Below are positions 51,892 to 62,700 of a stretch of 64,000 nucleotides of DNA, one piece after another. Every line of letters starts with the position of its first letter. The stretch's first letter is position 1. The stretch is taken from assembly GCF_910588795.1 (NCBI RefSeq), contig NZ_CAJURI010000003.1. One strand, 5' to 3'. This DNA comes from an uncultured Duncaniella sp. GTDB taxonomy: Bacteria; Bacteroidota; Bacteroidia; Bacteroidales; Muribaculaceae. The notes beneath the pieces are model-generated. The model saw only the letters and a list, made by a program, of their open reading frames with translations, did no database searches and had not been told where the DNA came from. Made by a program: the position numbers and the translations under genes.

Positions 51892-53577
51892 ATGAACAAG
51901 CTTTCAGGGTTAGCACTGCTCGCCGGTTCTGCCATGGTCCTCACAGGATGCAGCAAGAAGATGAACCAGTTCGCAGCCGACTATTTCACCACCAACCCCA
52001 ATCCGCTCGAAGTCGTCGGAACCCACGTACCGGCAACAGTCACAGGACACATCCCTGCCAAATTCTTTGTCAAGAACGCCACTGTATCAGTGACACCGGT
52101 GCTCGTATATGGCGCGACCGAAGAGAAAGCATCGCCCATGACATTCCAGGGTGAGAAAGTACGCGGCAACAACCCCGTGATCTCCTACGAAAACGGCGGC
52201 ACCGTGACCATCCCGGTCAACTATCTCTATCAGCCCGACATGCAGAAATCAGAGCTTTACCTCAACTTCGAGGTACAGCAGAAAGGCAAGCAGTATGTAC
52301 TCCCGCGTGTCAAGGTCGCCAACGGAGTCGTAGCCACAGCAGCCCTTGCTGACGCAGGCACACTCACCCCGGCAACCGCCAACGACAAGTTCCAGCGCAT
52401 CATCAATGAGAAATACTCAGCCGACATCCACTTCCTCATCAACCAGGCCAACCTCCGCAAGAGCGAGCTCAACAGCGACGAGGTGCTCCGCCTCCATCGC
52501 GACCTTCGCGCCGCTTCAGGCGACTCCACACGTGTGATCGAGGAGATCAACATCCAGTCATACGCATCACCCGAAGGCGGAATCGACCTCAACACACGCC
52601 TCGCTCAGAACCGCGAGACCAACACCACCGACTACGTCAACAAGCAGCTGAAGAAGGACAACATCACCGAATTCGGCGAACTCACAGCCAACTTCACACC
52701 TGAGGACTGGGAAGGCTTCCAGAAGCTCGTTGCAGCAAGCAACATACAGGACAAAGACCTTATACTCAGCGTTCTGTCGATGTACAAAGACCCCGAGCAG
52801 CGCGAACGCGAGATCCGCAACCTCTCAAGCGTATTCGACCAGCTCGCCGAGGAAATACTCCCGCAGCTCCGCTACTCACGCATCACAGCAAGCGTGAACG
52901 TGATCGGCAAGAGCGATGACCAGCTCAACAAGGCTTTCGACACCGATCCCTCGACACTCACTGTGGACGAGCTGCTCTACACAGCAACCCTCACCGACAA
53001 CCTCAAGCGCAAAGGTGACATCTACACAGCCGCCACACGCCTGTTCCCCAATGACTACCGCGGATTCAACAACCTCGGCAAAGTTCAGTACCAGCAGGGC
53101 GACTACGACGCTGCCATGGCAAGCTTCAAGAAGGCTGCCCGCCTCAACGCCAACGCTCCCGAGTCACAGATGAACCAGGGCCTCGTAGCTCTCGTGAATG
53201 ACGACTACCGCGCAGCCAACACAGCATTCGGCAAAGCCGCAGGTCTCAACGAACTTTCTCCCGCCCTCGGCCTCCTCTATCTCAAGCAGGGCGACGTGAA
53301 GGCCGCTGTCAAGGCATTCGGCAACGACAAGAGCAACAATGCAGCTCTCGCACAGATCCTCAACAAGGACTACAACGCAGCCAAGGGCACTCTCGCAGCT
53401 ATCGCCAACCCCGACGCCACCACCTACTACCTGATGGCAATCCTCGGAGCACGCACAGGCAACGAGCAGATGGTGACCTCCAACCTGCGCCAGGCTGTCA
53501 AGCTTGACCGCAACTATGCTGCCAAGGCTGCCAACGACCTTGAGTTCGCACGCTACAACATTACCAAAGCCCTCTGA
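51892..53577 (+). CDS. Conserved TPR-containing lipoprotein with an OmpA-like central region
   Basis: Lipobox LTGC, YASPEG, EDWEGF, ILPQLR, C-terminal TPR repeats; strong codon bias; TACCTTTG promoter at 51801-51808. Confidence 0.8.
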   Translation: MNKLSGLALLAGSAMVLTGCSKKMNQFAADYFTTNPNPLEVVGTHVPATVTGHIPAKFFVKNATVSVTPVLVYGATEEKASPMTFQGEKVRGNNPVISYENGGTVTIPVNYLYQPDMQKSELYLNFEVQQKGKQYVLPRVKVANGVVATAALADAGTLTPATANDKFQRIINEKYSADIHFLINQANLRKSELNSDEVLRLHRDLRAASGDSTRVIEEINIQSYASPEGGIDLNTRLAQNRETNTTDYVNKQLKKDNITEFGELTANFTPEDWEGFQKLVAASNIQDKDLILSVLSMYKDPEQREREIRNLSSVFDQLAEEILPQLRYSRITASVNVIGKSDDQLNKAFDTDPSTLTVDELLYTATLTDNLKRKGDIYTAATRLFPNDYRGFNNLGKVQYQQGDYDAAMASFKKAARLNANAPESQMNQGLVALVNDDYRAANTAFGKAAGLNELSPALGLLYLKQGDVKAAVKAFGNDKSNNAALAQILNKDYNAAKGTLAAIANPDATTYYLMAILGARTGNEQMVTSNLRQAVKLDRNYAAKAANDLEFARYNITKAL

Positions 53578-53630
53578 TAAAAACAGAAGCTCCCTTCATT
53601 GAAACCTGAAGGGATCCGACACTGAAAAAC

Positions 53631-53681
53631 ACGGAGACCAAAGAGCCGCATAATTATGACTATACGCTCTTTGGTCTCCGT
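53631..53681 (+). terminator. Terminator after the TPR gene
   Basis: ACGGAGACCAAAGAGC...GCTCTTTGGTCTCCGT 16-bp stem followed by CATTTT. Confidence 0.7.
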
Positions 53682-53835
53682 CATTTTATCCCGGCACCGG
53701 CCACGCTTGCACATTTTCATCAATAAATTCACAACAAAACGCCTCACGAGCATGCTAATTCCGGGTAAAAATCGTAACTTTGCACATCCGAAACTCCCCC
53801 TTCCACATATTACATCCCCTCTACAATAGAACTAT

Positions 53836-55497
53836 ATGTCACAGAAATTTGAAATGGTTGCCAAGACCCTGAAAGGTCTTGAAGAGGTCCTTGCCGAAGA
53901 ACTCCGCACACTCGGAGCCGAAAACGTCGAGCCGGGATGCCGCATGGTGTCCTTTGAGGGGGACCTCGCTATGATGTACCGGGCAAATCTTTGTTGCCGC
54001 ACCGCGCTCAGCATTCTGCGCCCGATATATAAATTCATAGCGTCCGACCCCGACACTCTTTACGAAATGGTAAAGGAATATGACTGGGGAGGGGTGCTCA
54101 CATTGGGCAAGACCTTCTCGATCGACACTACAAGCCATTCCAACGAATTCACCCACTCACGATTCGTGACCTACCGCGTGAAGGATGCGATAGTCGACTG
54201 GTTCAAAGACCGATTCGGGCCCGACAAACGGCCCGGCGTAAGGCTGAACGACGCCGATGTGATGCTCAACGTCCACATCGACGGAAACCGTGTCACCCTC
54301 TCTCTCAATTCATCAGGCGAATCGCTGCATAAGAGAGGATGGCGTGTGGCTCAGACCGAAGCTCCGATCAACGAAGTGCTCGCCGCAGGCATAATACTCA
54401 AAAGCGGATGGCGCGGCGACTGCCCGCTGCTCGACCCCATGTGCGGATCAGGCACATTCCTGATCGAGGCCGCACTCATTGCCGCCGGCATAAAACCGGG
54501 ATCATACCGCGAGACATGGCCATTCTGCCAGTGGAAGGACTGGGACCCCGAGCTATTCGACTCTGTGCTTAACGAAGGGGACGCCCCTCGCGAAATACCA
54601 TTCAAGATTTACGGGGCCGACATATCTCCGAAAGCAATCGACATAGCCGAGCGCAACATCCTCTCGGCCGGAGTGGATGAATACATCAACCTGCGTGTCC
54701 GCTCCATACAGCAGTGGGAGGAGGCTCCCATGGCCGGCACGCCCGGTGTCATCATCACCAATCCCCCTTACGGCGAGCGCATCAATCCCGAGGACCTTGA
54801 GGGCCTGTACCGGACTCTCGGGACCAAGTTCAAGCGAGTGTTCTGCGGCTATCACTCCTGGGTCATATCATCCAACGAAGACTGCCTCGCCCACATAGGG
54901 CTGACCCCCTCGGTTCGCGAGCAGATGCAGAACGGAGGTCTTGACTGCGAGCTGCGTGAATACGTGAGCTTCGAAGGCTCCAAAAGCGAATTCCGTGCCG
55001 CCGGAGGCTCCATCAAGAGGGATCGTCCCGCACGCGAGGACCGCGGCCGCAAATTCAACCGCAAGAGCGAAGCGGAATGGACAAGGGACGCCCGCGACAA
55101 AGGCATGGGAGGTAAACGTGGAGACAAGCCCGCCGGGCCGCGGCGCGGACTCCCGAAGGACACTCCGCTGAGCGAAAAATACCGTCCGAAAGCCGGAGGA
55201 TTTGCCCGCAGCGAAGAACGCCGCCGCAAATTCAAGGAAGAGACCGCACGTGACGGCGAACGCAGATTCAGCCACCATGAGAGAGAAATCTCACGTGAGG
55301 ATTTCCGTGACGAAGCCGAGGAACTCCTCGCACGCCGACGCAACATACACGCGCTTAAAAGCCTTGGGGAGACACCCAAGATGCCCACTATACCGTCGGC
55401 CGACGGTCCGTTCATGCGCACACGCAGACGCGGATGGAAACGCCCTGACTCCACCGACGGCAACAAGGACAGCGGCAATAATGAATCAGGTGAATAA
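53836..55497 (+). CDS. THUMP-domain class I SAM RNA methyltransferase (RlmL-like) with a long charged C-terminal tail
   Basis: GESLHKRGWR, APINEVLAA, DPMCGSGT, TNPPYGER. Confidence 0.88.
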   Translation: MSQKFEMVAKTLKGLEEVLAEELRTLGAENVEPGCRMVSFEGDLAMMYRANLCCRTALSILRPIYKFIASDPDTLYEMVKEYDWGGVLTLGKTFSIDTTSHSNEFTHSRFVTYRVKDAIVDWFKDRFGPDKRPGVRLNDADVMLNVHIDGNRVTLSLNSSGESLHKRGWRVAQTEAPINEVLAAGIILKSGWRGDCPLLDPMCGSGTFLIEAALIAAGIKPGSYRETWPFCQWKDWDPELFDSVLNEGDAPREIPFKIYGADISPKAIDIAERNILSAGVDEYINLRVRSIQQWEEAPMAGTPGVIITNPPYGERINPEDLEGLYRTLGTKFKRVFCGYHSWVISSNEDCLAHIGLTPSVREQMQNGGLDCELREYVSFEGSKSEFRAAGGSIKRDRPAREDRGRKFNRKSEAEWTRDARDKGMGGKRGDKPAGPRRGLPKDTPLSEKYRPKAGGFARSEERRRKFKEETARDGERRFSHHEREISREDFRDEAEELLARRRNIHALKSLGETPKMPTIPSADGPFMRTRRRGWKRPDSTDGNKDSGNNESGE

Positions 55498-55500
55498 ACA

Positions 55501-56898
55501 ATGTCAATTCAGCAAACACTCAACACACTCAGATATCCCGTGAGCAACCATCCCGAAAAAAGCCCGTTTAACGCAGGAGAGACCCTCCAGGAAAAATTCT
55601 CACCCATGACAGTACTACTACTCGGCTCAGGCGGCCGCGAATGCGCGCTGGCCTGGAAAATCTCACAGAGCCCTGCTCTCAAGCACCTGTACATAGCACC
55701 CGGCAACGGCGGCACAGGAAGTTACGGAGAAAATGTGAGCCTGTCACCGCTCGATTTTGACGCTATAGCAGCATTCTGCGAGGAGAAAGGGGTGGACATG
55801 ATAATCGTGGGCAACGAGGATCCGCTCGTAGCCGGCATATACGATTATTTTCATGAGCGCGGCAACGCTCCACTCATCGTCGGCCCATCGAAAGCAGGTG
55901 CAGCCCTTGAAGGCAGCAAGGACTTCGCCAAGCAGTTCATGGTGCGCCACGGCATACCCACAGCCCGCTACCGCAGCTTCACAGCCGAAACTGTGGCCGA
56001 AGGTGAAAAATTCCTCGAAGAACTGCGCCCACCCTACGTGCTCAAAGCCGACGGTCTTGCCGCAGGGAAAGGGGTACTCATCATCGACTCGCTCGACGAT
56101 GCCAAGAAGTCACTCCGGGAGATGCTGTCAGGAATGTTCGGTAAATCATCCTCAACCGTCGTAATCGAAGAATTTCTGAAAGGGATCGAATGCTCCGTGT
56201 TCGTGCTCACCGACGGCAACGGCGGCTACCGGATACTCCCCGTAGCCAAGGACTACAAACGTATCGGCGAAGGCGACACAGGACCGAACACCGGAGGCAT
56301 GGGAGCTGTAAGCCCCGTGGCTTTCGCTGACGAGACCTTCATGAAGAAAGTTGAGGAGCGCATCATACTCCCCACCGTCAACGGGCTCATCTCCGAGGGG
56401 ATCACCTACCGCGGATTCATATTCCTCGGCCTTATCGAGGTCGACGGAGAACCGATGGTGATAGAGTACAATGTGCGCATGGGTGACCCTGAGACCGAAG
56501 TGGTGATGCTGCGCATAGCATCCGACCTTCTCCCTCTGCTGCGTGCCGCCGCCGAAGGAAATCTCGGCACAATGCCTCTGGCCATCGACCCGCGCTACGC
56601 CACCACAGTCATGGTGGTGTCAGGCGGATACCCAGGCTCATACCCCAAAGGGAAAGTAATAACAGTCCTTGACAAGGAAAGCGGAGTCACCTTCTTCCAT
56701 GCCGGAACGGCTCTGCAAGCCGACGGCACACTCGTCACATCGGGAGGCCGTGTCATAGCATGCAGCGCGTACGGAAAAGACCTTGACGACGCGCTTGCCA
56801 ACTCATTCAGGGGTGCGTCGGATGTCACCTACGAAGGCAAATACTTCCGACGTGACATAGGTGCCGACCTCAAAGCCATCGAACAGTCCCGTAAATGA
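55501..56898 (+). CDS. purD: Phosphoribosylamine--glycine ligase
   Basis: LLGSGGRE, APGNGG, LEGSK.FAK, KADGLAAGKGV, GPNTGGMG, EYNVRMGDPE; the conserved core begins at Met 55606, start uncertain. Confidence 0.95.
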   Translation: MSIQQTLNTLRYPVSNHPEKSPFNAGETLQEKFSPMTVLLLGSGGRECALAWKISQSPALKHLYIAPGNGGTGSYGENVSLSPLDFDAIAAFCEEKGVDMIIVGNEDPLVAGIYDYFHERGNAPLIVGPSKAGAALEGSKDFAKQFMVRHGIPTARYRSFTAETVAEGEKFLEELRPPYVLKADGLAAGKGVLIIDSLDDAKKSLREMLSGMFGKSSSTVVIEEFLKGIECSVFVLTDGNGGYRILPVAKDYKRIGEGDTGPNTGGMGAVSPVAFADETFMKKVEERIILPTVNGLISEGITYRGFIFLGLIEVDGEPMVIEYNVRMGDPETEVVMLRIASDLLPLLRAAAEGNLGTMPLAIDPRYATTVMVVSGGYPGSYPKGKVITVLDKESGVTFFHAGTALQADGTLVTSGGRVIACSAYGKDLDDALANSFRGASDVTYEGKYFRRDIGADLKAIEQSRK

Positions 56899-57842
56899 CC
56901 CGCAAAGAGACCCGCTTAACCAATTTCATACGTTCGCGCGGAGTAGGCGCAATCATCGCAGCCATCTCGGCATGGCTGACGTGGAGAGCCCTTCCCTCAT
57001 ATACACCCTCAGGATGGTCAGGCATAATGCCTGAACTGTCCTGGGGCATAAATTTTATGCTGCTTGCAGCGACTGCAGGAGCCATGATAGCCATAAACAG
57101 GCAATTCAACATCCTGCGCACACTGTCAGTGTTCTTCGCTGCATATTTCATCTTCACCACATGCTCCACCCCTGACATAAGTTCTTTTCTGTCAGTCTCC
57201 TCCATTCTTGCCGCAGGTATCATACTGTGCATGTGGATACTCTTCACGCTATATAACGAACGATACAGCGACCGGCGTATCTTTCTCATATTCGCGATCC
57301 TGAGCGCAGGTACCCTCTACGACTGGAAATTTCTTTTCTTCATCCCTGTATTCATCGTGGGGCTGGCTCAGATGCGCATTCTGAGGTTCAAGAAAATCAT
57401 GGCGGCACTCATCGGCATAGCCACCCCGCCATGGATAGCGTTCGGGCTTGGTCTTATTCCGATACCTGCCATCCCACACATATACTTCACATCACCCGCA
57501 CTGCTTCTGCAGGCCCCCGGAGGATTGCCGTTCCTGTGCGCCGTAGTCCTGACCATGGCGATAGGATTCCTGTTCGGAAGCATCAACCTGCTGCGCATTC
57601 TCGGCTTCAACGCTCGCGCGCGGGCTTATAACGGATTTCTCGCCATACTCGGCATCTACACCGGGGCTCTTGCCATAATCAACTTCACGGCACTCCCCGA
57701 CTACGTGACCCTGCTTAACGCGTGCGTGGCATTTCAGGTAGGGCATTTTTTCAGAGCCACAGCATCACGGCGCGGCTACATAGTGGTACTCCTGCTGCTT
57801 GCCGCCTACACATCCTTATATATCTGGGCTGACATATCATGA
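56895..57842 (+). CDS. Polytopic membrane protein (DUF6427-like)
   Basis: About 9 TM helices; overlaps purD and pdxB by ATGA; position after purD as in other Bacteroidales (from recall). Confidence 0.65.
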   Translation: MTRKETRLTNFIRSRGVGAIIAAISAWLTWRALPSYTPSGWSGIMPELSWGINFMLLAATAGAMIAINRQFNILRTLSVFFAAYFIFTTCSTPDISSFLSVSSILAAGIILCMWILFTLYNERYSDRRIFLIFAILSAGTLYDWKFLFFIPVFIVGLAQMRILRFKKIMAALIGIATPPWIAFGLGLIPIPAIPHIYFTSPALLLQAPGGLPFLCAVVLTMAIGFLFGSINLLRILGFNARARAYNGFLAILGIYTGALAIINFTALPDYVTLLNACVAFQVGHFFRATASRRGYIVVLLLLAAYTSLYIWADIS

Positions 57843-58846
57843 AGATTGTATTTGACCGCAACATACCTTTCATAGCCGGACCGCTTGCCTCCATAGCCGA
57901 GGCCATACCAATGGCAGGGACGGACATAACACCCGAAGTCGCAAGGGACGCCGACGCCATGATCATACGCACGCGCACACGCTGCGACGCTTCGCTTCTT
58001 GAAGGCTCGTCATGCCGCTTCATCGGCACAGCCACTATCGGCACCGACCATATCGATCTGCCATACTGCTCATCAAAAAGGATCACCGTGGCAAACGCGC
58101 CCGGATGCAACGCTCCGGCTGTAGCACAATGGGTACTTGCCGCCATAAATGAATACACCGACAGCAGACCGCTCGACAGCGTGACACTCGGTGTGATCGG
58201 AGCCGGCAATGTCGGGTCGCTGCTCATCCGATGGGCACGCGGACTCGGTATAAAAGTGCTTGTAAACGATCCTCCCCTGCAGCAGACAGCTCCGGATGCA
58301 TATACATATTCAGGGCTGGACGACATAGCCCGGGAATGTGACATAATCACAGTCCACACCCCTCTGACCCGCACAGGCAGCCATCCCACCTATCACCTCA
58401 TAAACAGCGATTTCATATCCGGACTTGAGCGCAGGCCACTGATACTTAACGCAGCCCGCGGGCCTGTCACCGACACCCACGCACTCATCGACGGGCTTCG
58501 CTCGGGAAAGATATCTGCCGTGGGGATCGACTGCTGGGAGGGGGAACCTGACTTGGACCTGAATCTTCTCGACATGGCTATGATCGCCACCCCCCACATA
58601 GCCGGCTACTCGCGCCAAGGCAAGATCAGAGCCTCACAGATGGTGCTTGATGCATTGTCCCGGCATCTCGGGCTCCACACCCGTCTGCTTGCCGACGCTC
58701 CACTCACGGCTCCTGTCCCCGACATTATAACACCCGAAATGATAGGATACGACATTTCAGCCGACACCCGCTCGCTCAAGGGCTCCCCGTCATCGTTTGA
58801 ATCCCTGCGAAACAGCTACATCCTGAGAGAGGAACCGGCTTATTAG
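57839..58846 (+). CDS. pdxB: 4-phosphoerythronate dehydrogenase
   Basis: IRTRTRC, TATIGTDHID, NAPGCNA, GAGNVG, HTPL, TPHIAGYS..GK, FE.LR..Y..R.E. Confidence 0.92.
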   Translation: MKIVFDRNIPFIAGPLASIAEAIPMAGTDITPEVARDADAMIIRTRTRCDASLLEGSSCRFIGTATIGTDHIDLPYCSSKRITVANAPGCNAPAVAQWVLAAINEYTDSRPLDSVTLGVIGAGNVGSLLIRWARGLGIKVLVNDPPLQQTAPDAYTYSGLDDIARECDIITVHTPLTRTGSHPTYHLINSDFISGLERRPLILNAARGPVTDTHALIDGLRSGKISAVGIDCWEGEPDLDLNLLDMAMIATPHIAGYSRQGKIRASQMVLDALSRHLGLHTRLLADAPLTAPVPDIITPEMIGYDISADTRSLKGSPSSFESLRNSYILREEPAY

Positions 58847-58959
58847 AGGGATTGCGATCATACCGGCATCCCCTTCGCGGCATTACCGCACCTTTCACCC
58901 CCATAGGCGCATATAACTTTGTGGCATCATTCATCCACCACCTGTCACCACACACTTTT

Positions 58960-59367
58960 ATGCGCACCATCAACCGTCTCATCATCCACTGCACCGCCAC
59001 ACCTCGCGGAAGGCATGTCTCTGTCACTGAGATAGACCGCTGGCACAAAGCCCGAGGTTTCGACTCGATAGGCTATCATTATGTGATATACCTTGACGGC
59101 TCCGTCCATGAGGGACGCCCCATCGAACGCCTCGGAGCCCACTGCCGGGGCTACAACGCCACATCCATAGGCATAGCCTATGTCGGAGGGCTGGACACGG
59201 ACGGATCCACCCCGGCCGACACACGCACCGATGCACAGAAAACCGCCCTGCGCAGTCTTATATCAATACTGCGGGAGCGGTTTCCCGGTGTTACTGTACA
59301 CGGTCACAGAGAATTTGCGGCAAAAGCCTGCCCCTGCTTCGATGTACGCAGCGAATACTCAGTTTAG
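58960..59367 (+). CDS. N-acetylmuramoyl-L-alanine amidase (T7 lysozyme-like, Amidase_2)
   Basis: IIHCTAT, IGYHYVI, GAHC.GYN..SIGI.YVGG, GHREF..KACP; own TAACTTTG promoter at 58914-58921. Confidence 0.9.
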   Translation: MRTINRLIIHCTATPRGRHVSVTEIDRWHKARGFDSIGYHYVIYLDGSVHEGRPIERLGAHCRGYNATSIGIAYVGGLDTDGSTPADTRTDAQKTALRSLISILRERFPGVTVHGHREFAAKACPCFDVRSEYSV

Positions 59368-59684
59368 AGTGCGAGGAGCTCCTCGATGCGGGCCTGAAGA
59401 TCAGCCTTCTGCTGCGCCCCTGCCATACGGAGGCTTGAGATCTGCTCTCCGTTCTTGAAGAAGAGGATGGTAGGTATCGACATGATGCGATACTTCATGG
59501 CGAGGTCATTCTCCTCCTCTATGTTATACTTGCCGATAACGGCTTTCCCCTCATACTCCTGGGCGAGTTCCTCCACGATGGGAGCCATGCGCACGCAGGG
59601 GCCGCACCATGTGGCCCAAAAATCGATAACTACGGGCTGACCCGAAGCGATAATCTCGTGTACGTTCTGATCGGTAAATTTCAT
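59364..59684 (-). CDS. trxA: Thioredoxin
   Basis: DFWATWCGPC, SIPT. Confidence 0.95.
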   Translation of the reverse strand: MKFTDQNVHEIIASGQPVVIDFWATWCGPCVRMAPIVEELAQEYEGKAVIGKYNIEEENDLAMKYRIMSIPTILFFKNGEQISSLRMAGAQQKADLQARIEELLAL

Positions 59685-59741
59685 GATAATAATAGTTGAA
59701 TAAAGTTATTGTATGGTAGTAACGTAATTGATTCTGTTTCC

Positions 59742-62700
59742 TCAGTCATTTATTTTGTAGCTGATATTTTCCTCCTCAAGAGCCTCCACAAGCCCGCGGG
59801 TGATGTGTATGCGCCGCGCCGACGACATGTGGAGCGTCCTGTTGATCGACGGATCAAACACTCTGAAAGCAAGTTCCCCCTCGGGATTCCCTTCACCCTT
59901 CACTTTTTCGTCAATGAGCGTCATGAGAAACTTGTTCATCTTGGAGGCGTCAACCTCGATAGTTATATTCTTGACAAGCTTCCCCTTGACGTTCTCGAGA
60001 AGCTGGATGTTCATTATGTTGAAACGCAACTCCGAATTGGCAAACCTGCGCTGATACTGGCCGGAAATAAGTATAGGAGTACCCGGAATACCGTAATTAT
60101 GGAAATCAATGTATGTCTGTCCGAAAAGCATGAACTCGACACTTCCGGTGAAATCCTCTATCTTAAGTATGCCGAACGGACCCCTTTGGCCCTGACGGGT
60201 CTGGAAATCAACCACCATGCCTCCGAGCTTGACATCCATCCCTTCGGCAGGGCTCTTCTCCGTGAACTCCTTCACCGTGCATCCGGTGCCGTGGTTCAGC
60301 TCCATATAATAAGGATCAAGCGGATGGGCCGAAAGATACATTCCCACAAGCTCGCGCTCCTTCTCAAGCTTGACCGCCATGGGTACTTCCGGAGCCGGGA
60401 CAAATGACGGACGTCCCGCAGTAGCCATATCAGCGTCATCGCCGAACAGTGACATTGCCGACGACATCTTGTCGTTATGGAACGCCTGTCCGTAACGCAC
60501 AAGCACCTCGCTGAACACCTCACCCTTGGCATTCTCACCGAAATAGTCCTCGCGCTTCATCTCCTTGAAACTGTCAAATGCTCCGGCATTGACAAGATTC
60601 TCTAAAATACGGCGGTTGATGACACCTGACGGCACACGCTCCACAAAGTCGTAAGGCGACTCATATGGACCGTGAGCGTCCCTCTCCTCGATAATAGCCT
60701 TGACCACACCTTCGCCGATACCTTTTATGGCCGCGAGACCGAAACGCACGTCGCCATGGGAATTGACACCGAACTCCATGAAGCTCTCATTCACATCCGG
60801 ACCGAGAACCTTGATGTGCATGCGCTTGCATTCGTCCATGAATCCCGTGAGCTTGTTGATGTCCGACCGGTTGCGCGTAAGTATGGCGGCCATATACTCC
60901 GACGGGTAGTTGGCCTTTAGCCATGCAGTCTGGAACGCCACCCAGGAGTAGCATGTGGCATGGCTCTTGTTGAATGCATAGGAGGCAAACTTCTTCCAGT
61001 CATTCCATATCTTTGTCAGCACCTTGGGATCATGCCCGTTGGCCTGGCCTCCCTGCATGAAAAGGGCCTCAAGCTCATTCATCTTGTCGATGAGCTTCTT
61101 GCCCATCGCCTTTCGCAGAGAGTCGCTCTGTCCTCGAGTGAAGTTGGCAAGCAGTCGCGACAGGAGCATGACCTGTTCCTGATACACCGTCACACCGTAA
61201 GTGTCCTTGAGATACTTCTCCATGACAGGTATATCGTATGTGATGGGGCTTCGCCCGTGCTTGCGTGCGATAAAGTCAGGGATATAGTCCATTGGGCCCG
61301 GACGATACAGGGCATTCATGGCTATAAGGTCCTCGAATGTCGATGGCTGGAGCTCACGCAGATACTTCTGCATGCCGGCCGACTCGAACTGGAATGTTCC
61401 GGTAGTATTGCCCTGGCAATACAGCTCATAGGTCTTTGGATCATTGATATCTATGCTGTCGATATCTATGTCGATGCCGCGTGTCTCCTTTATATTATGT
61501 ATGGCCTCCTTTATTATGGACAGGGTCTTCAGTCCGAGGAAGTCCATCTTTATAAGACCTGTGTCCTCTATGATCGATCCCTCATACTGGGTCACGATCA
61601 TCTTGTCGTTGCCTGAAGCTCCGGGATTCTTATCCACTGCGGTCGCCACAGGCACCCAGTCGGTGATTGGGTCACGGCATATGATCACACCGCATGCATG
61701 CACCCCGGTGTTGCGCACATTGCCTTCGAGGCGGCGCGCATATTCAAGCGTCTCTCTGATGAGCGGATTATGCGATGACAGCTCCGGAGAAAATTCCGGG
61801 ACATACTTGTAACAGTTGTTAAGATTGGTCTTGAGAGTCTTGCCGTCGGGCCCGTCGGGCATACGCTTCGGCACAAGATTGGCAAGACGGTTGCTCTCAG
61901 GCAGAGGAAGCTGTTCCACCCGCGCCACATCCTTGATGGCCGACTTGGCCGCCATGGTGCCGAAGGTGATAATATGGGCCACCTTCTCCTCGCCATACTT
62001 TTCAGTCACATAATGCAACACGTCTCCACGCCCGTCATCATCGAAATCCACATCGATATCAGGGAGCGATATGCGGTCAGGATTCAGGAAGCGTTCAAAC
62101 AGCAGGTCATACTTTATGGGATCGACCTGCGTGATGCCGAGACAATATGCCACGACACTCCCTGCGGCCGATCCACGGCCTGGCCCCACCGACACGCCGA
62201 GCTTGCTGCGGGCTGCATTTATGAAATCCTGCACTATAAGGAAGTACCCGGGAAATCCCATGGTCTTCATTATGTACAATTCAAACTTTATGCGCTCCTC
62301 CAGTTCTGGCGTCAGGGGCGATCCGTAGCGGCGGTCAGCTCCTTCGTAGGCAAGCTTCGAGAGATAGTCCGCCTCAAATTTTATGCGGTACAGCTTGTCA
62401 TAACCGCCGAGTTTGTCGATCTTGGCCTGAGCCTTCTCCGGGCTGAGCACGACATTGCCGTTCTCGTCCTGTGTGAATTCGTCAAAAAGCTCTTTCTCAG
62501 TGATTCTCGCCCTGTACTCCTCCTCGGTGCCGAACTCCTTGGGAATCTCGAAGAACGGCATGATGGGGGCATGGTCAATAGAGTAAGTCTCCACCTTGTC
62601 GAGAATCTCTATGGTGTTGCTCAACGCTTCGGGCAGATCGGGGAATATCGCCGCCATCTCCTCCTGGCTCTTGAACCACTCCTGCTTGGTGTAGCGCATG

